This document shows, one piece after another, positions 7,401 through 15,928 of a DNA stretch of 44,180 nucleotides. A model generated the notes under the pieces. That model had not been told where the DNA came from, ran no database searches, and worked only from the letters and a program-made list of their open reading frames with translations. Both the position numbers and the translations under genes were made by a program. Positions within the stretch are counted from its first letter, which is position 1, and each line of letters opens with the position of its first letter. This DNA is from a virus (Duplodnaviria; Caudoviricetes), in IMG/VR virus record IMGVR_UViG_3300025676_000033, positions 1 to 44,180 of that record; one strand, written 5' to 3'.

Positions 7401-9925
7401 CCAAGTTCTTTTTCAGCAGCTTCTAATTGTTGAGGTGATAAATTCTTATCATGCATTAACGCATTATACCTTTCCCCAATTTTACGTAATTCTCTGTTTA
7501 TCCCCCCTATTTCATATGCCTGTTGAATACTTATATCGCCATTATCTAATTTAGCAATTATGTCATTTGTAATATTTTCTTTTTCTTGGGTTAGTTCTGC
7601 AATTAATGTTTGTACTTCAGGACTTTGATTAGGCATTTTTATATTACCATCAGGAATATTTTGTAAAGATGTTATACCAGTTAATTCTCTTAATTGAATA
7701 ACTATTTCTCTCATTCTTCTATCTTCTGCTCTAGTGGCTAATTCACTTGATATAGTATGCTTTATTGCTCTACCCCCAGCTACACTCGTAATTCCAGCTC
7801 CCATTAAAGCCCCTTGTGCAAATGATTCTAAACTGTCTTCAAAAATATTTTTATCTTCCCCTAAAATATATATATCCCCAAAATTTTGAGCAATTGTGGT
7901 ACCAAATTCTGAACCTCCTTCTACTGTAATACCTTTAAAAAGTTGTTTTCCGGCAAATTCAAAGCCTTCTTTTACAGTTGCTGGGGGTAAAGATCTTATT
8001 GCTGCCCTAGCCCCTTTTATTAATGACATTGTACCTAGTCTTTCAAATACTACTTCAGATACTCCATATAATGCCTGTAAACTTAACTGTTCCCAATTTG
8101 ATATTTTAAGAATTTTAGAATCTTCATCCATTTGATTTTCAAGCTCAACTTTTCTAATCATATCCATATCAGGGTTTTCTACTAATTCTTTTTTATTTAC
8201 AATCATTCTTTCAGCTGCATTCTTTTGTTTAATTGCTACATCTGTTCCAGCAGAACCCCATCCAGATAATGCAAATAAAGGTAATGCAGCAGGCCCAGTA
8301 AAAGCCATTGCTAAAGATGGTATTAAATTAGTAGTAGAACTAGCGGTCCATCTGCCAAGATCACTAAGAGTTTTTATTTCATCAACCCCAATTGATCTTT
8401 GATAAGATTCTGTTTCTACATTCATTCTTTCGCGCATAGTAATTATACCTGTTGATTCATCAAGCGCTTTATTTCTTTGTTCAGGGGTTAATGACCACTT
8501 AGATACGGCATGAACAGCAGCAGCAGGTTGGCCAAATCCTGTAAGTTGTCCTATTTGTAATATAGAGTATGCTATATCTGTACCTAAAGATTTAAAAGAT
8601 GTGCCTAACTGTTGTAATCTTCTATAATTAGATCCAAAATCTTTTATTGCTATTGGCAAAAATTCTGTTTCTTTTAACTCTCTTTGTAAAATAATTTGTT
8701 GTTCTTGTAATCTGTTGGATTCTTCTATAAAGGCTAGTTGAAGTTCTTTTACTTCCTTATATAGTTCGTATGAAGTTGGATTATCTTTATAATCCTGTAT
8801 TCTTTTTTCTAATGTATCAGTTTTTTTTACATGCTCATCAACATCTGTTTCAAATTTTTTTCTTGTTTTATCTACCTCGTTTTTCTCTGACCAAAGTACA
8901 GCATGCATCTTATTTCTTTCTTCTTGAGATAAGTCATACGAATAATCCCTCGCTACTTCATCATACTTCTTCCATTTTTTTTCATGCCTCATTTCCTCGT
9001 ATTCTTCTTCTGTAAAATCCGGTATAACACCACCTTCCTTAAATTTTTTATAACGCTCCTCTTCCTTTTCATCTTTAAAAACAAGTTGCTTTGAAACTGC
9101 TTTTTTTGCCGCTTCTAATTCGTTTGTTAATTGTTCATCAGTCATAAATCCTACCCTTTCTTTCTGTTCTAATTCTATTATAGAATTTTCACGATCTACA
9201 TAGTGCTCGAATTTTTCAAACACATCAAACATTATTTGCTCATTAGTAAGTCCCGAAGCAGGCACCGTTGCTTTGTTTTTAAAATCATTTACCATTTCCA
9301 TGGTTTCGCCATCAGCGAGAGCGCTATCTAAATAACCCTTATCACCATAGGTTGCTAAAAAAGAATTTAAAATCCTTGCGTTCTCTTCTCTTTGCTCAGG
9401 AGTAGTTTTCTTCCCAGTCATTAGCTTCCCTGATCTAGGTAGATATTGTTCCTCACCATGTACAAATTTCCCCTCAAAAGTAGGCTCCTCCCCTATGAGT
9501 ACTTCTATACCATTTTGAAAAACCCCACTTTCTTTTATATATCCCCCATAAGTAGCAAGGAGTCCATTAAGTTCCTTTGCAACTTCTTCTTCATTTTCTG
9601 AGAATAAATCAGCAGTTACAAATTTTTGTGATTCCGATAAAGTATCTTCCGATAGTAAATCCGTATCTGTTGCACTTACTTCCGGTGTTACATCTGCAAC
9701 CGTCTGACCTGCAACACCCCCCTTCTTTCCCACCGCTTCCAAGTCGAGTGTAGGTTTTTTCTGTGGCTCTAGCTCTGGCTCTGGCTCTGGCTCAGGGACT
9801 TGATCTTTAAGAGTTACCCCATATTTTGCTAAGTACTCTTCAACGGTTATACCTTTTTCAAAAGCAGCGTCCTCAACCTGAGCTCTTGAAAATTCATTAC
9901 CATTGTGTATATAGATTTCTTCCAT
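1496..9925 (-). CDS. Giant (2809 aa) internal virion/ejection protein, polyvalent (zincin, sigma-2-like, Gre-CTD-like, helical C-terminus)
   Basis: Last of three ejection-type genes. Contains coiled coils, Gly/Ala hydrophobic helices, FAHEVLH...EEAM, KYDPSK, and TYRIV...IGKRIGD. The C-terminal helical region (RLILAFQNTPMQY) is typical of large phage DNA-transfer proteins. Confidence 0.8.
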   Translation of the reverse strand: MEEIYIHNGNEFSRAQVEDAAFEKGITVEEYLAKYGVTLKDQVPEPEPEPELEPQKKPTLDLEAVGKKGGVAGQTVADVTPEVSATDTDLLSEDTLSESQKFVTADLFSENEEEVAKELNGLLATYGGYIKESGVFQNGIEVLIGEEPTFEGKFVHGEEQYLPRSGKLMTGKKTTPEQREENARILNSFLATYGDKGYLDSALADGETMEMVNDFKNKATVPASGLTNEQIMFDVFEKFEHYVDRENSIIELEQKERVGFMTDEQLTNELEAAKKAVSKQLVFKDEKEEERYKKFKEGGVIPDFTEEEYEEMRHEKKWKKYDEVARDYSYDLSQEERNKMHAVLWSEKNEVDKTRKKFETDVDEHVKKTDTLEKRIQDYKDNPTSYELYKEVKELQLAFIEESNRLQEQQIILQRELKETEFLPIAIKDFGSNYRRLQQLGTSFKSLGTDIAYSILQIGQLTGFGQPAAAVHAVSKWSLTPEQRNKALDESTGIITMRERMNVETESYQRSIGVDEIKTLSDLGRWTASSTTNLIPSLAMAFTGPAALPLFALSGWGSAGTDVAIKQKNAAERMIVNKKELVENPDMDMIRKVELENQMDEDSKILKISNWEQLSLQALYGVSEVVFERLGTMSLIKGARAAIRSLPPATVKEGFEFAGKQLFKGITVEGGSEFGTTIAQNFGDIYILGEDKNIFEDSLESFAQGALMGAGITSVAGGRAIKHTISSELATRAEDRRMREIVIQLRELTGITSLQNIPDGNIKMPNQSPEVQTLIAELTQEKENITNDIIAKLDNGDISIQQAYEIGGINRELRKIGERYNALMHDKNLSPQQLEAAEKELGQQYEALKEKRENILTDPSILKENQDLAINDNIRKDWEMGNSMYSMRMSNNTALNLLDQWGGLNNSVKQGYYEEAKKALRKGAEKYKRFSEKEIQDKAVELYIEKSYRRKIEEGERNARTYATTRGEDLNIYKGETIEETIGLMKTHGVMESIAESLKKQILEEGGKPPSMEELLRIAETKARADIKNGIYEASNTGDNIIVHMPNAIKNGRTGIFAHEVLHSIAKKKYGSEAGLKQAGMDLLDYLEENDKDLYTLVKHRIDQSYVKRDPKTREVMKDEKGKTLKEDAYWEEAMNAMSDIIADGQAIKTSSLNTIRRFVNKLLPDNFKFKETDQEAVFNFIKDFNKEAHFGKKPIKFEDVLGIAKPEDEGKTTTLKDEDEEAPSTKFSKTINESYNTLTAEQLKTIKSLKSKDALKELADKDNTLTAKLKELAQEGKGKTKEFTDLNSQLNKIKDTKDAWFSVQESIRPLVTGLVNNKYFKAFKTMDKKEAEEKKRDIIENTLTNQVLNLVQKYDPSKIKGGESTLHGYLMQKLNRFDATGKRMSLIEVKVIGEANKVGLDISKDVDETKQTIEQPEIEKGKESVKKKLFTKKLDFDKEAIEGEFKVDKDGKKVPKTFADIFIDAVAKTFGTKLPAVTNKNFVKVFSKNNIAELMPFVRSFTKIDRKKGIDKFKPFVIKHFKAILDQLPASVINKKYDMLRKPVLKESGQQKREETKEGKGEFEYLNIDRKDFVDYFTNPNPNVIATVAGKITIKDKNGDVKTYRIVKPKKGETLGENEIDGTRYIGKRIGDTVIVKGEEVQLTNIEIASNTLSDRRTSLLETLINELSADAALEVVKDKTIMQKFRDIQEIEGQAVPDNFLDVIVEKLDRGIDYLNNLQKNNGELYARLGLPEIIVQAIKVFMQTLSTTLKATNNFGKALKAGIKAAQNLFETKDEKDIIKKVLEETFTSAKSITKEKIESAVEKSDRVLFTNAGQKIIDSEITRIKGLKGRTKLQATKDFIKHILPSYINNEHLKKITGSSNEQAFNYLNKPLGLKENGFDVEKVGNKTSIVHYAKDGTKTSFRPLADTRPSTINGKYLAKKYKTVDDFLSNLNDNRYDIDKQSKDSANAVVREVSRIAATGDIQGAKDLLMILGEYSDSILRLAGKLRDIETNLEVKRNKDGTLKRDKKNKNKVISGITYEHTLTIKNLRTQIEALLDVYEKDGNLNKLEKNMEGVLNRSYVDLIDKKWKSKMDTTETPKDLQPSDDSRVRLKKAGIKTTPIFSETKFSKTNNSTELNEMIERTKGIPAKERISIAKAKIEGFKSDKFQLFMRNSAEDLLGLLYQFAGKKEQGNADLKWIKETFTRPLTRANLEFEAHQIKSHKTLQEAKVLMGEQKIDLTAEVIDGYTVEQAIRVHLWTKRGYVVPGMDEFTGTKKRTKPGPEQEKVNKWVRQNFDSLEFTDAIEEAYFRDDKKYPEPNEDWVSGTLTTDLLEHTNEVTRAEIFQPFFDNVNVVFGKFDKYHGKLSGVNVNKVRGIYGNSFVEALESSFYRIGTGRNRSFQLDEQGTGILDWVNNAIGNTMFIHTRSALLQTISSVNFINLGDNNPIAAAKAFKNQPKFWGYFNKIFFSDYLKQRRAGLRTDVNEQEIASAASNSKNPTRAVIATILKRGFWPTQMADSFAIAFGGSSFLSNREAKYKKDGLSDQDAFDQAFEDMREIAEDTQQSGRPEKISQEQAGFGGRLILAFQNTPMQYNRQIKKAFLDLKNGRGDWKTNVMKISNYLIIQNVIFHSMQQALFAILFDEPENDKEEKREKTRKIRVMNGMADSVLRGTGVFGALLATVKNTIMKIVEREGFDEKAIEEIFNMSPPIGRKTRQLFDMKDRFTYKQNLKKMKEMGLDTENPAVLAAADALSFGINLPADRVLRKINNIKAASDKENEMWQRMALSLGWSKWEVNIPFEDAKDTDYVQKPKKNKPRANKPRKN
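9764..9796. repeat. 6-bp tandem repeat (CTGGCT)n encoding a PEPEPEPELEP linker
   Basis: ggctctagctctggctctggctctggctcagg is visible directly in the sequence. Confidence 0.85.
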
Positions 9926-9963
9926 AATGCTTTATTAAATTTATTTTTTTATTGTTATTAATT

Positions 9964-11832
9964 TTAAGGTAATTTAGCTTCTTCCCAAGGCAAAGCTGCT
10001 TTTTTTAGCCAATTTGTATAATATTGTACAGCTTTCTCTGATTCTTCACTTAAAAAGTCCATTTCACTAAATTTGTATCCTTTCCAGAATTTTACATTAT
10101 CAAATTCCATTCCTGCAAAAGCTGGGTCGTTTTCGATTATTCTCGTAAGTATATCCCTCTTCTTATCGTTTATTATTCCCGGGGGAGCATTAACCGGAAT
10201 ATTAACTTCACCCATCGATATATCAGTTGCAGTTGAGACATCAGCATCACCTAAAGTCCCCCATACCGCGTCTTTTGTCTTCAAAACATCTTTCATATGT
10301 GGAAAATTATTAATTATTGTAGTTTTCATTTCATTATACGACGCCATATTAGCAAGCGCAGGATCTCTGTTTAAAGTATTATCAATCATTTTTATTATTG
10401 TAGGTAAATAATTAATTGTTTCTAAATTACGTTTCTTATTCTCTTGAATATCTGTTAAATTTGTAGTTAAACCTTCTTGGAATGTTGGCGCTTTATCCCA
10501 TGAATTATATGCTTTATTTGTTCTACCATATGTTTGATTTGCATAGAAATTTTTAAATGAATCTTTACTTAAAATCCTATCAAATTCACGCATTACATTT
10601 ATATTATCTTTTTCCTGTTCCCATCCATCTTCCCAGGTATTAAAACTACCAATTACTCTTATAAGCTCTTCTACATTATCGGGGATTCCGTCTTCATCCC
10701 CATCTGCTGTACTTTTATATTGGTCTGGATTTTGTGATACTATTTCCATTGCTATATCATAATATTCATCTTCAGGTGCACCTATAACTATAATATCTTG
10801 AAATTGTTTCCATTTTTCATATGAATTTCCTGGATTCAATTTTAACCATTCTTTTGCATATTCTTTCCTCATTCTATTATAATTCCCCATGCTTCTTTCT
10901 TGGCGAGTTTCTTTTCCTGTCCTCTTGACTCCTGTAGAATAATCATCCTTTACCGTACTTGTAAAATATGGCGGTGGTTTTGAGGCCTCTATAAAATCAG
11001 GATTTTTTTGTAATTCTTCATTTATAACGGTTTGTGTTTTTTTATAATCCTCATTCTCATAATTAAACTCTTCATCCCAATCATTAAAAAAATCTATATC
11101 TTTTAATTCTGTTAAAGTATATTCATATTCCAGAAATTTTCCATCATCATCTTTTTTTGTATCATCTGTCCATGATACTATAGGTTGTAATCCATTACTA
11201 CCGCCTAGGCTAAATTTTAAATCATAACCATCTTTATCTTCTAATTCATGTGCAAGACTTGCTGCCTTAAAATTACCATCTTTTAAACCTTTTGTATAAT
11301 TATCTAATAAATGCCCACGGCTTTTATCTCTTAACCTAGTTTTAAATGTATCTAAAACCTGTAAAGCTGGTTTATAGGTGCCTATAGCTACATTATATGA
11401 ATCTTCAATTACTTGTGCATCGTCTCTTGTAATTAACCCATCTCTTATTTGTTGTGGTAAAGCAGATACCCCATCTCGCATCCTTTGTAATTCACTATAT
11501 ACTTTACTAGTTACATCCCCACCTTCGCTACCTTCTGTTTGTGCATTTAATGTTTTTAATCTATCTATAACCTCTGCATAGTCTCGGTCTTTTCTGCCTT
11601 GGCTTTTAGCTTTCCATTTTATAGAATCTCTTTCTAATTCTAATTCTAATTCTTTCTCTCTTTTTTCTCTTTTCTTCTCTAAAGCTACACCTATACCGGC
11701 AAATGTTTTATATGTACTTGCCTCTGCTGCTGCAAAGTTTCGCATATATAAATCCCCATAGTTTTGTGTTCTAATTATCGGCTGCTGCTGATACAGCGGT
11801 GTTGGAGTTGTTGTAAATTTTGGTAATGCCAT
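9964..11832 (-). CDS. Putative internal virion (ejection) protein, 622 aa
   Basis: Sits between the pilot-like protein and the giant protein. Charged helical N-terminus and a DGDEDGIPD motif. Confidence 0.6.
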   Translation of the reverse strand: MALPKFTTTPTPLYQQQPIIRTQNYGDLYMRNFAAAEASTYKTFAGIGVALEKKREKREKELELELERDSIKWKAKSQGRKDRDYAEVIDRLKTLNAQTEGSEGGDVTSKVYSELQRMRDGVSALPQQIRDGLITRDDAQVIEDSYNVAIGTYKPALQVLDTFKTRLRDKSRGHLLDNYTKGLKDGNFKAASLAHELEDKDGYDLKFSLGGSNGLQPIVSWTDDTKKDDDGKFLEYEYTLTELKDIDFFNDWDEEFNYENEDYKKTQTVINEELQKNPDFIEASKPPPYFTSTVKDDYSTGVKRTGKETRQERSMGNYNRMRKEYAKEWLKLNPGNSYEKWKQFQDIIVIGAPEDEYYDIAMEIVSQNPDQYKSTADGDEDGIPDNVEELIRVIGSFNTWEDGWEQEKDNINVMREFDRILSKDSFKNFYANQTYGRTNKAYNSWDKAPTFQEGLTTNLTDIQENKKRNLETINYLPTIIKMIDNTLNRDPALANMASYNEMKTTIINNFPHMKDVLKTKDAVWGTLGDADVSTATDISMGEVNIPVNAPPGIINDKKRDILTRIIENDPAFAGMEFDNVKFWKGYKFSEMDFLSEESEKAVQYYTNWLKKAALPWEEAKLP

Positions 11833-11847
11833 TGTTTTAATTATTTT

Positions 11848-13692
11848 TTAATTAGGTCCAAGTTCTGGTTTTTGCGCGATAAGAAATTTGCTAAAGTCTG
11901 ATGACGACCCTGTAGCTGCGCTTGTAGCTGCTTTTGTTGGTACTGCCGATACTACCGCAGATGCAACCCCACCTATTGCCCCTACTAATGCGCCTTGTCT
12001 TTGTGCTTTTGCGGCAATTTTACTAGCTTCTAAATCAGCTGAAGTTTGTACAGCTTGGGTTGCCATGTTATGTAATCTATTAAGCCTATTTTGTTCACGA
12101 GTTTCAGCAACTCTAAATTGATATTCTCTAGCCATTGAATCAGCCTCTTGAAGCCTTTGCTGCTCATTAAACCTAGCACTTTGAATCCTAATTGCTTCGT
12201 TATAATCCATATCTTGTAGCCTTTGTGCTTCGTTAAATTCAGCGTTTTGTAATCTAAGAGATTCACCTTGTTGCAGTTCTTGTTCTCTTAATCTATCTGA
12301 AATTCCTAGACCTTGCATTCTTTGGCCTTCAGAAACAGCTAAACCTCTTAATGCTCGCCCTTCGTCTACTTCTAATTGTCTTAAACTTCTCCCTTCTTCT
12401 AATCCTAATTGTCTTAATGTTCGGCCTTCAGTTAATTTTGTTTCATCTATTCTACGACCCTCTGTTTGTCTTAAACTTTCTAATCTTAATTTTTCTGTTA
12501 AAGAAATATTTTGAAGTCTTTGAGACTCACTCATTCTTATTTGCTCTATTTGTTGTTGTCCCTCTGCTCTTGCTTGAACATTACGAGTTTCTTGCTGTTC
12601 TATAGTAGCCGCAATCCCAAGTTTACTTTGAAGTGCTGCTTGTGCAATTGCTGTAGCACCACCCGCGCCGGCTCCCGTAGCTCTAATTGTTGACAGTGTA
12701 TTAGCAAGTGCTTGATCTGATTGTTGTGCTTTTAAGTCAGCCGCTTGTGTGGCTACTTGCAAATTTGCATATGGGTTAGATGCTAATATACTAGAGTCTG
12801 TAGCTAACCCTGAGTAGTCTTGTGCCCCTTGTCTAAGATCAGCAACTCTACCACTTAAGTCTTCCATACCTGTTGTTAAGTCTCCAAATCTTTTTGATAA
12901 ATCTTCTTGGTCACTTAAGTCTACTCCTAATTCAGCAGTGCCTCTAAACATATCACTTCTATCTTTTAATAAACCAGTTCTATCTTGATATATATCACTT
13001 ACATCTTCTAATACAGCACTTAAATCTTGTATGTTAGCATAAGGGTTTACTATATTACTACCTTTATACATTTGCGCAAATTTAGGGTTTCCGGCCATTG
13101 CCGCCACAGACTTTGGTAATTGCTTATAAAATTTACTACCAGCCGCAGTATTTGGATCTGGAAATATTGGTTTATCATCTTCTGATCTAGGTAAGCCTTG
13201 GGTGTATTTCATAAATTCTTTATTTGCTGTTAACTTTTTTTGTACACTACGAGTTATAGCGGCTTCATTAAATATCATGTTTCCAGCTGGATCAAATTTT
13301 ATTTCATTCCTTGGTGCACCAAGCCCACTATCATCATCCCCATAAAAACCTGCAGGATTTTTATAAGGATTCAATCCTTGAAAACCACCTCCGCCATAGT
13401 TACCAGTAGTATAAATTCCCCCACCTTCACGGCTTCTCATTATTCCAGCTGATCCTGGCTGAGGTCCCATCATATCATTAGTATATCCAGGGATATTATC
13501 ACTATCCCCAAACCCTGGAACAAAACTTCTTCTTTCTCTTGCAGCTAACTCTGCATTTTTAAGATTCGCTTGATCTGCTGCTTTATTACTAGCTTTATTA
13601 GCTTTTAGCTCAGCTTTTCTTGCGCTTCCGTATTTAATGCCCCCTGCAATAGCAGTTAGCCCTACACCTATACCTGTTACTAAAAAACTCAT
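11848..13692 (-). CDS. Putative DNA pilot/ejection protein with heptad and hendecad repeats
   Basis: Hydrophobic Gly-rich N-terminus, TGAGAGGATAIAQAA segment, Q/R/E-rich coiled-coil repeats and a hydrophobic GALVGAIGGVASAVV near the C-terminus. Confidence 0.7.
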   Translation of the reverse strand: MSFLVTGIGVGLTAIAGGIKYGSARKAELKANKASNKAADQANLKNAELAARERRSFVPGFGDSDNIPGYTNDMMGPQPGSAGIMRSREGGGIYTTGNYGGGGFQGLNPYKNPAGFYGDDDSGLGAPRNEIKFDPAGNMIFNEAAITRSVQKKLTANKEFMKYTQGLPRSEDDKPIFPDPNTAAGSKFYKQLPKSVAAMAGNPKFAQMYKGSNIVNPYANIQDLSAVLEDVSDIYQDRTGLLKDRSDMFRGTAELGVDLSDQEDLSKRFGDLTTGMEDLSGRVADLRQGAQDYSGLATDSSILASNPYANLQVATQAADLKAQQSDQALANTLSTIRATGAGAGGATAIAQAALQSKLGIAATIEQQETRNVQARAEGQQQIEQIRMSESQRLQNISLTEKLRLESLRQTEGRRIDETKLTEGRTLRQLGLEEGRSLRQLEVDEGRALRGLAVSEGQRMQGLGISDRLREQELQQGESLRLQNAEFNEAQRLQDMDYNEAIRIQSARFNEQQRLQEADSMAREYQFRVAETREQNRLNRLHNMATQAVQTSADLEASKIAAKAQRQGALVGAIGGVASAVVSAVPTKAATSAATGSSSDFSKFLIAQKPELGPN

Positions 13693-13699
13693 ATTATTA

Positions 13700-14170
13700 T
13701 TATTTAATGTTAAACTTCTTTTTTATTTCTTTTAAATTATCAATACTTATTTTTGGATCATTAAAATCCTTAGCTATAATCTTTTCTTCTATTTTATCAA
13801 TATCCTTTAGATCTGTTGCATGTACTGTAACCCATGTAACATCACTATGAATATATATTATTCTTTTAGTCCCTGGCTTTGTTATATCATAATATGGTGC
13901 CTTTATTCTTTTTGGACCATCTTCTGTTAAAATTGAGCACTCACCTTTCATAAGAAAAAACGGATGTTCTTCTTTATGTATTTTAGTAATTAAAATTTGA
14001 CCTGCAGGTGTATTTATTTCTCTTATATAATAACCATTTGCAAAAGTATGTTTTAATGGATTGTATTTATCTAATTCTTCACCAACTAAAGCTCCTTCTG
14101 TATTTTTTATTTGTTCTTCAAACTCAACTATAGCATTTCTATATTCAATTGTTTTTTTTACTAATTCCAT
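13700..14170 (-). CDS. Cupin-fold protein
   Basis: HTFANGYYIREI, KIHKEEHPFFLMKG, PGTKR and WVTVH match a His-liganded cupin pattern. Confidence 0.7.
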   Translation of the reverse strand: MELVKKTIEYRNAIVEFEEQIKNTEGALVGEELDKYNPLKHTFANGYYIREINTPAGQILITKIHKEEHPFFLMKGECSILTEDGPKRIKAPYYDITKPGTKRIIYIHSDVTWVTVHATDLKDIDKIEEKIIAKDFNDPKISIDNLKEIKKKFNIK

Positions 14171-15898
14171 TTAATTTGTTAATAGTTCGTAATCACTGGA
14201 TACTGCAAATAATTCTTTTTGTGCTGTATCCAATGTTTTTAATTTTACTTTATTAAAGAATCCTTTTACCCCAGATATTACTTCCCCTGATGCTATTTCG
14301 TTTCTTTTTGGTGCAGTTTCATTTATAATATTAGAATAATATTTATTATTTTTTTTCTTAAATCCTGATACAAGTAAGTCTTGCCAAATATTTTCGACAG
14401 CTGCACTTGTTATATTATAAACTGAAATTGGTGCTCCTGTATCTGTATCTGTTTCAATAGAATCTACAGCCCAACCAGTATCCCCTTCATAATTTATTGT
14501 TTTAAAATATTTTGATACAGAAGGAGGATTATTAAATATTATATCTATAGTAGATTCTGCAGTAGACGCCCCATAGAATGAATTTCTATTAGTATCTAAA
14601 TCATAATGTTTATATAAATCATTTATACCATATGTATAAAAGTTTGCATCAATACTTCCTCCGAATTCTGGTTTATAACTATAAAATGATGACCACCCAT
14701 TTATATCTTCATCAAATGTTACAGTTTTATATCCTCCCGCATAATCTCTTAAATATACAGTTATTACATCTCCAGTTAAAGGTGTTTGAGTTAATGTTAC
14801 AACCCCTGTGCTTGTGTTATATGTATATTCAGTCCCTGCTGTTAAAGCTGTTGTCGCACTAAAGTTTTGTTGAAAAACTTCTATTTGCGATATATTTGTT
14901 GGGTCTGGTAAACTAATTGTTGCAAAATCACTATCCACATAACTAAATGCTAGCGAGAATGTACTAGTACTTCCGTTGCATGCAAATGTATTTTTTATTT
15001 CGTCCTCTTGAAGAGATAAAATATATTTTTTCCTGTTATTATCCCATATTCCTATAACAGAATCAGTTAATTTAAGATTTGTTTTAAACCAATCTCTCAT
15101 ACCAAAATTTGATATTTCTGTTATACCATCTCTTGATAGTCTAAGAACAGCCCCATTATTTTTATCTACAAAATATTTTCTTCCAGCATGTACTGCAAAA
15201 CTTTCCGGATTTTTACTAATACCATAATTACCTTGATAAGCGACAACTTCTCCTAATACTTGATTAGACGCAGTAACATTTGTCTCTCCTTCTGCTGTAT
15301 ATATTATATCTTTATCTATAAGTATATTATGTGTTTTATTTTCTTGGAAAATAACCATATTATTATCCTCCGCATATAATTTTTGTATTGATCCAAATGA
15401 TGAATCAATTGATTTTGTATTTGGAATAGAAGGGTTAAATTGATTTATTTCATTTACCCTTGTTCTTCCATTATATATACCTGAATATATAAGTGATGCT
15501 TCTCTTGTTTCAGGAGTATATTCGCTATCAGTTATAGCTGCTCTTACCCCGAAATCTATAGTTTTACCATTATACGCCCCTTTTATCCTAGACTCCTCTA
15601 CATGCCAATTTTTAACTACTACTAATATCGAACTAACAGAAGCTGCAGGTGCAGATGCAAAAGTAATTATTCTTGTTTTATTTGAATAAACATAAAGAGA
15701 AGCTGCTTTAAGTACATTGTCAAAATATACTTGAAAGTCTGATTCTGAGTTTGGTATAGCATATATAGTATCACCACTACTCTCTGCAATAGTAAATGCA
15801 GTAGTGCTATCATTACCTGCCCCTACTACTTGATGAATAGTCTCTCCATTCTTTATTAAGAAGGTATTAAAGTATTTGATTTCCAGCGTTACTGCCAT
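14171..15898 (-). CDS. Tail nozzle/stabilisation protein, C-terminal part
   Basis: GSIQKLY, GNYGISKNPESFA, YFVDKNNGAVLRLSRDGITEIS and GWSSFYSY suggest a beta-propeller-like tail tubular protein. Two inserted ~75-aa modules. Confidence 0.7.
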   Translation of the reverse strand: MAVTLEIKYFNTFLIKNGETIHQVVGAGNDSTTAFTIAESSGDTIYAIPNSESDFQVYFDNVLKAASLYVYSNKTRIITFASAPAASVSSILVVVKNWHVEESRIKGAYNGKTIDFGVRAAITDSEYTPETREASLIYSGIYNGRTRVNEINQFNPSIPNTKSIDSSFGSIQKLYAEDNNMVIFQENKTHNILIDKDIIYTAEGETNVTASNQVLGEVVAYQGNYGISKNPESFAVHAGRKYFVDKNNGAVLRLSRDGITEISNFGMRDWFKTNLKLTDSVIGIWDNNRKKYILSLQEDEIKNTFACNGSTSTFSLAFSYVDSDFATISLPDPTNISQIEVFQQNFSATTALTAGTEYTYNTSTGVVTLTQTPLTGDVITVYLRDYAGGYKTVTFDEDINGWSSFYSYKPEFGGSIDANFYTYGINDLYKHYDLDTNRNSFYGASTAESTIDIIFNNPPSVSKYFKTINYEGDTGWAVDSIETDTDTGAPISVYNITSAAVENIWQDLLVSGFKKKNNKYYSNIINETAPKRNEIASGEVISGVKGFFNKVKLKTLDTAQKELFAVSSDYELLTN

Positions 15899-15928
15899 AT
15901 TATTATTATTACGTTTATTATTTAAATA

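Noticed and set aside
1496-9925. Virion RNA polymerase as in crAss-like/phi14:2 or N4 phages
   Set aside because: No DxDxD (DFDxD) catalytic motif found; the closest is DFDKE. No T7-type motifs recognised.
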